Source of the DNA: an uncultured Pseudomonadota bacterium
Lineage (GTDB): Bacteria > BMS3Abin14
Direction of reading: 5' to 3'
Length of the DNA: 22,500 nucleotides
NCBI GenBank assembly: GCA_964454175.1
Contig: CAYVSA010000031.1
Location: 1 to 22,500 of the forward strand
Shown here one piece after another: positions 1-8,227 of the stretch (within the stretch, counting starts at the first letter, position 1; each line of letters starts with the position of its first letter). The position numbers and the translations under genes were made by a program. The notes under the pieces are model-generated. The model worked only from the letters and a program-made list of their open reading frames with translations. It did no database searches and was not told the DNA's origin.

Positions 1-361
1 TGGTGGAGGCGGCGGGAGTCGAACCCGCGTCCGGAAGCTTTCTGCCTCGCGGTCCTACATGCTTATTCCGTGTTTTATGTCTCCCGAAGCGATCCCACGG
101 ACAGGACAACTGCGGGATGAGCCCGACTGAGTGTCTTCCCTGAAGGCCGGGCGGCGACAGGGAACAAGCCCGAGCTTATGACACTGCGGTCTAACGTTAC
201 GGGCGCCGTCAGGGCAGTGCTGACGTACCTAAGTATTAGTTAGGCAGCCAGAGCGTAGCCAGATTCATTGGCAGCTATAATATCCGGTTTTTTACGAGGC
301 CACCGGATCCTCGGCATGCACCACGGACGTCAATGACCCCCGTCGAAGCCAGCTCGCCCCC
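1..361 (-). ncRNA. ssrA: tmRNA (transfer-messenger RNA)
   Basis: Minus strand begins GGGGGCG...TTCGAC and ends GGTTCGACTCCCGCCGCCTCCACCA, giving an Ala-type acceptor stem with G3-U, a T-loop and an encoded CCA. Internal tag reading frame 272..240 encodes ANESGYALAA-stop. Confidence 0.97.
240..272 (-). other. tmRNA proteolysis tag reading frame ANESGYALAA*
   Basis: Reverse complement reads GCC AAT GAA TCT GGC TAC GCT CTG GCT GCC TAA; the YALAA C-terminus is typical of ssrA tags. Confidence 0.92.
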
Positions 362-369
362 ACACCTTT

Positions 370-397
370 ATTTTAACCTCAATACCTTTTTATTCAA
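370..397 (-). promoter_or_regulatory. Putative sigma-70 promoter of ssrA
   Basis: Minus-strand TTGAAT (397-392), 16 bp spacer, TAAAAT (375-370), just upstream of the mature 5' end at 361. Confidence 0.55.
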
Positions 398-515
398 GAG
401 TAAAGAGAGGGTCGTTGGATTTGATTCGCCTTTAGACGGTTATTCAGAGGCAATAGTTGTCCAGCAGTTTTCTACCGCTTAAGATCATGTCAGTGGGTCT
501 GTCGCCATAGAGATC

Positions 516-2132
516 CTACGGTTTTTTAAGTTCCATTCTCTTGATACGGCTAACAAGGGTCGTCGGCCTTAATCCCAAAAGTTCTGCGGCTCCCCCTGAT
601 CCATAGATCTTCCAGTTTGTCCGCCTGAGAGCCGCGATTGTGTTTTCCCTGTTTAACTTGATCATTTCCGCCTCAGGCTTAACTTCGACCGTTACTTCTT
701 CCCGGTCTCTGGATGTTGGGGTGTAATGGGTGGTGTCCCCGGAAATATTTTGAAGATCCAGCGCTATCAAACCTGACCGGGATCTGATCATTGCTCTTTC
801 CAGGACATTTTGCAATTCCCTGATGTTGCCTGGCCAATCATAGCTTTGCAGCATGGTGATCTGCTTCTGGGTCAGGCTCGGTTTGGGCCTGTTCATCTTT
901 CGGGCTATCAGATTGAGGAAGTATTCCGCGAGAAGGGGGATGTCCTCCACCCTGCGGCGCAGAGGGGCCACCTCGATGGGGAAGACATTCAAACGGTAAT
1001 AAAGGTCCTTTCTGAATTGAGTCAGCTCTACTGCCCTGTCAAGGGGTCTGTTCGTTGCTGAAATAAAGCGGATATCTACTCTTTGGGTTTTCTCCTCCCC
1101 GACCCTTTCGAATTCACCCTCCTGTATGATCCTGAGGAGTTTACTTTGATGTTCAAGGGGCGTTTCGCCAACCTCATCCAGAAACATTGTGCCTCTGTCA
1201 GCAGCCATGAGACGGCCCATTCGGTCTTTAACGGCTCCGGTAAAGGCCCCCTTGACATGCCCTAAAAATTCACTGTTCCATAGTTCCTTCGGGACCGCCG
1301 CGCAATTCACTTTGATCAAAGGTTTGTCCTGGCGAAGGCTTCTTCGGTGAAGCTCTCGTGCGACGAGTTCTTTTCCCGTTCCGGTTTCACCCAGGATAAG
1401 GACGCTGGCGTTTGTGGGCGCCACCAGCTCGATCTGTTGAACGACTTTCTGGTGATCAGGGCTCATGCCGATAAGGTCGCCGTATGCCTGGGCAGTGTTA
1501 AACTCCTCCTTGAGATAAATGTTTTCGACCTCAAGTTGGCTTTTGAGCTGGCTGATCTTTTCAAAGGCCCGGGCGTTGGCTATGGCTATTGCCACATGAT
1601 CGGCCACCATTCTGAGCATTGGGAGGAGTCCCTCCTTCAGATTTCTACGTGAGAAGATTGCGAGGACACCCAGGATCTCACCGCGAAAGATAAGAGGCTG
1701 GCCGCCGAAACTGCTTATCTGTTCGTTCCTTGCCCATTCGATGTCCGCAAAGGTTTCCGTATCCTTGTCTACATTGATGGCCTCAAAGGGCTGACCGTCT
1801 ACACCGATGCGGCCGACTTTTCTGTGGCCGAATGGGATTCGGCGATAACTCCCGTCGGTGCGGGACCAATTTTCGCCATCTGGGCGGACGGATCGTCCTG
1901 AACTGGCCATGAGGTGGAGACACTTGTTGTTGTCCACGCATTGAGCGGCCATCGGACAGGAGGGACAGATGTCACCCGGCAGGATCAGCCATATGCGGGA
2001 AAGGGCTATCTCCTCATAATCAGCCAGCCGCTCGACTATAAGCTTGAGAAGAGCGTCGAGAGACAGCTGCTGGGCCATCTCAAACAGCAGTTCTTGAAAG
2101 GCCTGAAATTCACTGTTCAACAGGTTTACCAT
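516..2132 (-). CDS. Sigma-54-dependent transcriptional activator (GAF - AAA+ - HTH; FhlA/NifA-like), positional equivalent of NitA
   Basis: Walker A GETGTGKE, GAFTGA loop, Walker B FLDEVGE, WPGNIRELQN, C-terminal HTH (GAAELLGLRPTTLVSRIKRM) and an N-terminal GAF. Start at ATG 2132 preferred because the extension to 2204 covers the putative UAS repeats. Confidence 0.93.
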   Translation of the reverse strand: MVNLLNSEFQAFQELLFEMAQQLSLDALLKLIVERLADYEEIALSRIWLILPGDICPSCPMAAQCVDNNKCLHLMASSGRSVRPDGENWSRTDGSYRRIPFGHRKVGRIGVDGQPFEAINVDKDTETFADIEWARNEQISSFGGQPLIFRGEILGVLAIFSRRNLKEGLLPMLRMVADHVAIAIANARAFEKISQLKSQLEVENIYLKEEFNTAQAYGDLIGMSPDHQKVVQQIELVAPTNASVLILGETGTGKELVARELHRRSLRQDKPLIKVNCAAVPKELWNSEFLGHVKGAFTGAVKDRMGRLMAADRGTMFLDEVGETPLEHQSKLLRIIQEGEFERVGEEKTQRVDIRFISATNRPLDRAVELTQFRKDLYYRLNVFPIEVAPLRRRVEDIPLLAEYFLNLIARKMNRPKPSLTQKQITMLQSYDWPGNIRELQNVLERAMIRSRSGLIALDLQNISGDTTHYTPTSRDREEVTVEVKPEAEMIKLNRENTIAALRRTNWKIYGSGGAAELLGLRPTTLVSRIKRMELKKP

Positions 2133-2145
2133 GTAGTAATCGCTA

Positions 2146-2198
2146 AACGAAAATTCGTTTATTGTCAAACGTAATTTCGCTAATAACGTAATCTCGTT
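2146..2198. promoter_or_regulatory. Three imperfect palindromes (AACGnAAnnTCGTT-like), putative upstream activator sites
   Basis: AACGAAAATTCGTT 2146-2159, AACGTAATTTCGCT 2168-2181, AACGTAATCTCGTT 2185-2198; about 65-120 bp upstream of the -24 box. Confidence 0.65.
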
Positions 2199-2262
2199 GT
2201 ACACTTTTACAATAATCCTTCCAATAACGATTTGTTTTCAATGGATTAGCCCTGACGTCATG

Positions 2263-2279
2263 TTGGCATATCGTTTGCT
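2263..2279 (+). promoter_or_regulatory. Sigma-54 (-24/-12) promoter of the large operon
   Basis: TTGGCAT-ATCGT-TTGCT with GG 2265-2266 and GC 2277-2278 separated by exactly 10 nt; adjacent to a divergent enhancer-binding protein gene. Confidence 0.88.
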
Positions 2280-2352
2280 TCGTTCTCATATTATTAACTG
2301 TGCACCGCTCAGTGATATTTCCTGCGGTGCACCAGAGAAAAGGAGTAGAGAT

Positions 2353-2838
2353 ATGGCTAAGGTAGAAATTCCGAGACCGAAGGCAGGCGACAGTATCGTT
2401 AACATGAATCCGAAACTGTACGAGGATTACAAAGCGAAAGATGGGGAAAAAGCATTGATCACGATGCACACAGTACCCTATGAGGGTTCGGTTGGACTGA
2501 TTAATATGCTCACCTGTACTCGTCTGGTGCGCAAAGGTTACGATACGACCCTTCTCCTCTATGGGCCCGGTGCTCTAATGGCCGCTTCCTCTCGAGGTTA
2601 TCCGAATGTTGGTGATGAGGCTTTCCCTGGCCACCTGGCGTTTAACAAACAGCTTCAGGTTATCATGAATGAGGGGGGACGAGTCCTCGCGTGCCGGTTT
2701 GCCCTGGCTGCTCTATACGGCCACAGGGAAGAAGACGTGATGGAAGGCGTGACCCTCATTGATCCTCTGGATGTTCTCGATTGTGTAATTGAACATCAGA
2801 GGGCAGGTGGACTGATCCTGGCAACGTGGACAGTGTAA
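2353..2838 (+). CDS. MSMEG_0572/Sll0783 (NitB)-family DsrE-like protein, 161 aa
   Basis: Motifs TVPYEGSVGLINML, RLVRKGYDTTLLLYGPG, GDEAFPGH and ACRFALAALYGH match my recollection of this family. AGGAG RBS at 2341-2345 supports ATG 2353 rather than 2197. Confidence 0.88.
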   Translation: MAKVEIPRPKAGDSIVNMNPKLYEDYKAKDGEKALITMHTVPYEGSVGLINMLTCTRLVRKGYDTTLLLYGPGALMAASSRGYPNVGDEAFPGHLAFNKQLQVIMNEGGRVLACRFALAALYGHREEDVMEGVTLIDPLDVLDCVIEHQRAGGLILATWTV

Positions 2839-2911
2839 TTCTGTTCGCAAGCAGGGTAATGTGGTCACCTTAACAAGTGCATTGCATTAGCCAAGAAACG
2901 GAGGGGTATTT

Positions 2912-3781
2912 ATGGGACGCTTTAACAGGGGACTTAAACTTGAGCGCAGGGTTTTTGACGCCCATTGTCATATCGGCGCCATGGACGGGTTCCCTTATTA
3001 CGGTATTCCTGATCCGGTTAGTCCCACGGTTTTCGATGACCCTGATCGAGCCTCGAAGATTATGCTTATGGATGAATTGGGAGTGGATAGGGCAGTTGTG
3101 ATGTCCAATTATGGTATTCCGGATCCCAGCCAACCTTTCGGTCTCAACCCTGTGGTTCTGGAGGCCTGCGAACCTAAGGACAAGAGGATTCTTGGAGGGA
3201 TATGGTTTTCACCAATGGGTAAAATGAAGGAGGCGACCCTGGAAGCGCTCAAAAGCGCTGGAGCACCTGGAATCAGAGTTCTCAAATCAACCTGTCTCCT
3301 TGGCGGGAACTGGGACCCGGATGAGTGGGATGACGATGATAAAGAGGCTTGGGATGCTGTCCTTGAAGTGGCAAAAAAGCATGACTATGTCCTTCATCTT
3401 CACACCAGCCCTGGCGGAGGGTCCGATGTGAACAACTGCATCAAATTTGTCAGGAAGTTCGGAAAAGAAGTAAAGGTCCATGTAGTTCATGCCGGCGGAG
3501 GAGTATCTGGACATATTAAGTTCATACCAGAGTTTTTCAACCTGATTCGGGAGGGTTTCCAGGTATACACTGATACCTCCTGGGCTGTGGGTTTCGGTCC
3601 CCGATGGTTGTTTGACGAAATTGAAAAACAGGGCATTGGCGAGGATCGCGTCTTATTTGGGTCAGATGAACCCTGGAGCGATTTCTGGGGTGAATATTAT
3701 AAGATCGATGGCCTGGAGATGTCCGAGGAACTGAAGGACAACGTCTTCTGGAACAATGCTGAGCGCCTGTTCGGGATATAA
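2912..3781 (+). CDS. Metal-dependent TIM-barrel amidohydrolase (Amidohydro_2-like)
   Basis: DAHCH (HxH), LHLHTS, HVVHAGGG, DTSW, VLFGSDEPW and NAERLF; GGAGG RBS upstream. Confidence 0.88.
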   Translation: MGRFNRGLKLERRVFDAHCHIGAMDGFPYYGIPDPVSPTVFDDPDRASKIMLMDELGVDRAVVMSNYGIPDPSQPFGLNPVVLEACEPKDKRILGGIWFSPMGKMKEATLEALKSAGAPGIRVLKSTCLLGGNWDPDEWDDDDKEAWDAVLEVAKKHDYVLHLHTSPGGGSDVNNCIKFVRKFGKEVKVHVVHAGGGVSGHIKFIPEFFNLIREGFQVYTDTSWAVGFGPRWLFDEIEKQGIGEDRVLFGSDEPWSDFWGEYYKIDGLEMSEELKDNVFWNNAERLFGI

Positions 3782-3852
3782 TCTCGCTACAGTTAACAGC
3801 AACGCATGATTTCAACGGAATTTGAATTAGTATTCTGGAGACTGTCAGGGTG

Positions 3853-4965
3853 ATGGATAAGAGACTGAAAGACTTTATTGAGTTGCAGAGGTGTGGCGTC
3901 CGGGATAGCAACAAAATTATGTCCCGCAAAGGCGGAGCCGGGCCGACGGACGATAAGGCTTTCATTTTTTCGAACGGCATCACCCTGATGGTCCCGACTT
4001 TAAACGAATCTGCCAGGAACTCACAGTATGTCATAGAAAATCTCGGCGACCGGCGTATCCTGAGGAAAAACGGGGAAGTTATAGACACTGTACAGCAGGT
4101 CAGTTCCCCTGCGTTTTACAAATTGAAAACAAAGGATGGCATTCCCTATAAACAGATAGCCAGGCTGCACGGCACCAACTGCCTCGCTTCTACTGTGGTC
4201 CAGGAATGCGTTCGATACAACAATATCGACATGAGATGCCGCTTCTGCGGTGTAGGACTCTCACTGAAGAACGGGCTCACAATTCACACAAAGACCCCGG
4301 CCCAGCTGGCGGAGGTTGGTGCAGCCGCAAAACGTCTCGATGGTGTCACACACGTTACATTGACTACTGGAACCACTGATCTTGTCAACAAGGGTGCCGA
4401 TTATCTCGCCCAGTGCGCATTCGCAGTCAAGAGGGAAACTGGTCTTCCGATCCAGGCCCAGTGCGAACCACCGGAAGATTTGGGGGTTTTCGCGAACATG
4501 AAGAAGATGGGTGTTGATGACATCGGCATTCATGTCGAGAGCTTTGATCCTGTGATCCGCTCAAGATTCACCCCGGGGAAATCATCCATCAATATCGAGA
4601 CCTACTTTAAAACCTTCGAAGATGCTGTGGCTGTTTTTGGGAAGGGCAGAGTAAGCACTTTTATTATTCTGGGTCTGGGTGAGGATGAGGAACTCACCCT
4701 GTCCAGGTGTGGTGAAGCTATAAAAATGGGAGTTTATCCTTTCCTGGTTCCCCTGCGGGCCATTTCAAGCACATTTGTGGCGGGTGCGGTACCTCCCGAC
4801 GCAGAATACCTCTACAGGATGTACGTTAAAGTCGGTAAAATGCTTGAACAAAACCGAATGAATGCTGACCAGAGCAGTGCCGGATGTGTCAAGTGCAAAG
4901 CCTGTTCGCTGCTCCAGTTCACCGAGGGTGGTAGTAATTCGTCTGGCGCTGTAGAGGAGCACTGA
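3853..4965 (+). CDS. MSMEG_0568/NitD-family radical SAM protein
   Basis: RKGGAGPTD, IARLHG..CLASTVVQEC, C-x9-CxxC (CVRYNNIDMRCRFC), IQAQCEPPED, VYPFLVP and C-terminal AGCVKCKACS. GTG 3850 is an alternative start. Confidence 0.9.
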   Translation: MDKRLKDFIELQRCGVRDSNKIMSRKGGAGPTDDKAFIFSNGITLMVPTLNESARNSQYVIENLGDRRILRKNGEVIDTVQQVSSPAFYKLKTKDGIPYKQIARLHGTNCLASTVVQECVRYNNIDMRCRFCGVGLSLKNGLTIHTKTPAQLAEVGAAAKRLDGVTHVTLTTGTTDLVNKGADYLAQCAFAVKRETGLPIQAQCEPPEDLGVFANMKKMGVDDIGIHVESFDPVIRSRFTPGKSSINIETYFKTFEDAVAVFGKGRVSTFIILGLGEDEELTLSRCGEAIKMGVYPFLVPLRAISSTFVAGAVPPDAEYLYRMYVKVGKMLEQNRMNADQSSAGCVKCKACSLLQFTEGGSNSSGAVEEH

Positions 4966-5471
4966 TGTTAGAAAGAGAAAAAATCGAAACCAGGTTATCA
5001 GCTACCCATCAGTTCTCGACGCCCAAGCTGGAACTCAGGATTGCCTCGGAGCCCTGGGAGTTGGAAGCATACTTCACGATCCGGCACCAGGTTTTCGTGG
5101 AGGAACAGGGAATATTCGAGGATTCCGACCGGGACGAACACGACGAGATCAGCATCCCCATCATCGCTTGCTGTGACGGACGGATTGCCGGAGTAGTAAG
5201 ATGCTACCAGGAGTCGGAAGGCATCTGGTACGGTGGTCGACTGGCCGTCCACATGGACTATCGGAGATACGACCTTGGCACCCGCCTGGTTCAGGAGGCT
5301 GTTGAAACGATGAAGAGGCATGATGATGTCGACCGTTTCCTTGCCAAAGTCCAGATCCAGAATGTCCGGTATTTCAGGAGGTTGGGGTGGTTCCGGGTGG
5401 GAGAGCCGTTTGCCTACAACGGCGTAAGGCATCAGTTAATGGAAAACCCCCTTGACCGGGGTACTCAATGA
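4965..5471 (+). CDS. GNAT N-acetyltransferase, MSMEG_0567 N-terminal/Sll0786 (NitE)-like
   Basis: VFVEEQGIF..SDRDEHD, WYGGRLAVH and FLAKVQIQNVRYFRRLGW; TGATG coupling to the radical SAM gene. Confidence 0.87.
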   Translation: MLEREKIETRLSATHQFSTPKLELRIASEPWELEAYFTIRHQVFVEEQGIFEDSDRDEHDEISIPIIACCDGRIAGVVRCYQESEGIWYGGRLAVHMDYRRYDLGTRLVQEAVETMKRHDDVDRFLAKVQIQNVRYFRRLGWFRVGEPFAYNGVRHQLMENPLDRGTQ

Positions 5472-5863
5472 AGGTTACGGCGAAGTTTCTGGAAGATTAT
5501 AAATTCGAGATGGTTTCAGACCATCTCACAATAACATCCGATCAGGCTGAACAGTACGGCGGAGATGGGGCGGGGCCGATGCCTAGTGAGCTGTTTCTCT
5601 GGGCCATAGCTTCCTGTATGGGCCAATCCATCGTCCACATCATTGGGAGATTCCGGGAGAGCATAGAGAATCTCACATTGAGTGTTGAGGGAAAAAAGCA
5701 TCCCGAAAAGTTCCGGTACAGGAAAATTATCATCAGTATCCAGGGAGACTACCCTGATGACCGCCTGAAGGAGGTTGTAAAGATGGCCTCAGACTACTGT
5801 TTCATCTCTAATTCACTTGCTGAGGATATTGAGATCGAGATCCTCGTTGATGGCAGCGCATGA
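5468..5863 (+). CDS. OsmC/YhfA-family protein
   Basis: DQ..YGGDGAGPMPSELFLWAIASC and YCFISNSL, with the two conserved Cys; ATGA overlaps at both ends. Confidence 0.85.
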   Translation: MKVTAKFLEDYKFEMVSDHLTITSDQAEQYGGDGAGPMPSELFLWAIASCMGQSIVHIIGRFRESIENLTLSVEGKKHPEKFRYRKIIISIQGDYPDDRLKEVVKMASDYCFISNSLAEDIEIEILVDGSA

Positions 5864-7263
5864 ACGAACTTGATCGTGAAGTCAGAGTAATCAACATTGG
5901 CCTGAAGGAATTTTACCATGACCTCAAGGCTCTGAACGTCCCTTCGGTCCACGTGGATTGGCGTCCGCCAGCGGGTGGGGATCACCATCTGGCCGAGTCT
6001 CTGGTACGCTTGAGAGGCGCAAAGTACGATAGGGCTAACGCCAACACCATAGCCAGGATGCTCAAAAGCAATCCTGTTTGGATCGACGTAGGAGAAGCGA
6101 AAGACGAGATCCCCGGCATGCTGCCAAACCATGTGCTGCACTCTGGCCCGCCTATCGATTTCGACGATATGTGTGACCCTCAACAGCGCGCTGTGGAAGG
6201 TGCGGCAGTTTTTGAGGGATGGGTAAGGGACAAATCAGAGCTGAAAAAGAAGATACGCAGCGGGAAGATCGTGCTGGCACCAAACTACACGTTAAACAGC
6301 ATTGGACCTATGTGTGGCGTCATAACTCCATCCATGAGCGTTATCGTCACCCAGAATAAATCCTTCGGGAACAGGTCCTGGTCCACCTTTAACGAGGGGA
6401 AAGGAAATGTTCTGTGGATGGGCACATATGACGATGGAAGCATCCAGAGGCTCAGGTGGATCAAGGATACTCTGGGACCAGGTCTCAAGGAAGCACTGAA
6501 GCACAGCGAAGGCGGCATCGACCTGCATGCCATCCTTTCTGAGGCGGTCCAGATGGGCGATGAAGCACATGCAAGAAGTGCGGCATGTACGTCGCTTTTG
6601 CTGCAGCGGCTCTATCCACTCCTTCTCAAAACCTGTCTGGACAGAAGATCTATTCTGGAAATAGTGGAATTTATCGGCAGCAACAACCACTTTTTCCTGA
6701 ACCTGACCCTTACCGCGTGCAAAGTAACCGCCGATGCTGCCCACGGGATAAAGAACTCCATGATCGTTACGGCAATGTCCCGCAACGGTGTTGATTTTGC
6801 ACTCAGGGTAGGGGGTGGTGGAGGTCGATGGTTCATCTCTCCTGCTGCTCCCATGGACGAGGCAATTTACTATTCGGGGTATTCCTTTGAGGATGCCGCC
6901 GGTGACATCGGTGACAGTGCCATTGTGGAAACGGCGGGGCTTGGTGGAATGGTCATCGGTGCAGCCCCCTCAATATGTTCTTTCGTGGGAGGCACCATGG
7001 AAGACTCGGTCAGGGCCATGAAGACAATGAAAAGCATCTGCGCGGGGAGCAATCCCAAATTCGCACCTGCTTCTGCGGATTTCATGTCCGCGCCGTTAGG
7101 GATCGATATTCGCAAAGTCGTACAAACGGGGATCACACCGATAATAGATACAGGTGTAATACACAAATCCTCAGGGGTTGGTCAGATTGGAGCCGGGATT
7201 GCCAGAGCGCCAATAGAAGCGTTCGAGAAAGCTGTCACCCATTTTGGAGGAAATAATGAGTAA
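5860..7263 (+). CDS. ylbE: YlbE/YahG (DUF1116; AllG-type transcarbamoylase subunit) with an N-terminal FdrA-tail-like segment
   Basis: LHSGPP, GPMCGVITPSM, NEGKG, QMGDEAHAR, NNHFFLNL, TAMSRNG, GDIGDSAIVETAGLGG and PLGIDIRKVVQTGITPIIDTG...GQIGAG. Confidence 0.88.
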   Translation: MNELDREVRVINIGLKEFYHDLKALNVPSVHVDWRPPAGGDHHLAESLVRLRGAKYDRANANTIARMLKSNPVWIDVGEAKDEIPGMLPNHVLHSGPPIDFDDMCDPQQRAVEGAAVFEGWVRDKSELKKKIRSGKIVLAPNYTLNSIGPMCGVITPSMSVIVTQNKSFGNRSWSTFNEGKGNVLWMGTYDDGSIQRLRWIKDTLGPGLKEALKHSEGGIDLHAILSEAVQMGDEAHARSAACTSLLLQRLYPLLLKTCLDRRSILEIVEFIGSNNHFFLNLTLTACKVTADAAHGIKNSMIVTAMSRNGVDFALRVGGGGGRWFISPAAPMDEAIYYSGYSFEDAAGDIGDSAIVETAGLGGMVIGAAPSICSFVGGTMEDSVRAMKTMKSICAGSNPKFAPASADFMSAPLGIDIRKVVQTGITPIIDTGVIHKSSGVGQIGAGIARAPIEAFEKAVTHFGGNNE

Positions 7264-8215
7264 GCCAGTTGCTGTTGTTGCCTTTGGTGGAAACGCGATA
7301 CTCAGTTCCAATGAAGATATGGCCTTCGAGACCCAGTTGAGGAACGCCCAGGAAACCTGTCGCCAGATGCTGGCTATCCTCCACAAGCGGTATGAACTTG
7401 TCATCGTGCACGGCAACGGACCCCAGGTTGGGAACCTGCTCATCCAGTTCGAGAATGCCCGTGACTTAATCCCCGTTCCCCCTCTCGATGTGGCAGTAGC
7501 GTCTTCTCAGGGGCTTTTGGGTCACATGCTGCTCATCAGCATGCGATCAGTTCTGGAAGAGGAATGTCTCCAGAAGGAGGTTACTGCAATCCTGACCCAG
7601 GTTGTGGTGGACGAGGACGATCTTGCCTACCAGGAGCCCACGAAGCCCATCGGGCCCTTTTACACTGTAAAGAGGGCCGAGGAACTGAGGAATGAAAAAG
7701 GATGGCATATAGTAGAGGATTCCAGCCGCGGGTATCGCAGAGTTGTATTTTCCCCGCGCCCAAGAAAAGTGCTGGCCCTGAACGTTATAAGAAAACTGCT
7801 TGATAGCGGTATAATAGTAATCGCCTGCGGCGGAGGGGGGATCCCGATTAACTACAAGACTGGTAAGATAATCGGTACCGAAGGAGTAATTGATAAGGAT
7901 TTTACCGCCTCGCTTCTTGCTTATAATCTTGGTGCAGAACTGTTCATGATCCTGACAGGAGTGAACAAGGTCAGCCTGGATTTCGGGAAGCCGACTCAAA
8001 GTGAAGTTGACGTCATGACAGTGGAGGAAGCCAGGAAGTGGTTCGAAGAGGGCCAGTTCCCGTCCGGAAGCATGGGCCCGAAGATCGAAGCGGCCGTCGA
8101 ATTCGTTGAAAGGGGAGGCAAAGAGGTTATCATAACTGGCGAAAGGAATGTCGTGGATGCGCTCAATCATGGTGCCTGCACCAGGATTGTCAGCGAAAGG
8201 CTGCTTGACGATTAA
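7256..8215 (+). CDS. arcC: Carbamate kinase (ArcC/YbcF-AllK family)
   Basis: AFGGNA, HGNGPQVG, PTKPIGPFY, RGYRRVV.SP.P, GGGGIP, VIDKD and GSMGPKIEAA; GGAGG RBS at 7246-7250 supports ATG 7256. Confidence 0.95.
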   Translation: MSKPVAVVAFGGNAILSSNEDMAFETQLRNAQETCRQMLAILHKRYELVIVHGNGPQVGNLLIQFENARDLIPVPPLDVAVASSQGLLGHMLLISMRSVLEEECLQKEVTAILTQVVVDEDDLAYQEPTKPIGPFYTVKRAEELRNEKGWHIVEDSSRGYRRVVFSPRPRKVLALNVIRKLLDSGIIVIACGGGGIPINYKTGKIIGTEGVIDKDFTASLLAYNLGAELFMILTGVNKVSLDFGKPTQSEVDVMTVEEARKWFEEGQFPSGSMGPKIEAAVEFVERGGKEVIITGERNVVDALNHGACTRIVSERLLDD

Positions 8216-8227
8216 AGGGGCCTAGCG

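Noticed and set aside
459-473. GTCCAGCAGTTTTCT resembling GTCCAGGTTTTCT at 18348-18360 as island-boundary direct repeats
   Set aside because: Short and needs a 2-nt gap; compatible with chance.
1-515. ssrA-integrated prophage or integrative element
   Set aside because: No integrase and no duplicated ssrA 3' end in the window; the ssrA 3' flank lies outside the window.
2198-2211. TGT-N8-ACA as a NifA site; TGCACC...GGTGCA (2301-2331) as an NtrC site
   Set aside because: Spacers are wrong: NifA needs N10 and NtrC needs N5.
2133-2352. N-terminal extensions of ORFs 516..2204 and 2197..2838, and ORF 2143..2469
   Set aside because: They run through the UAS repeats and sigma-54 promoter; downstream ATGs (2132, and 2353 with an AGGAG RBS) fit better.
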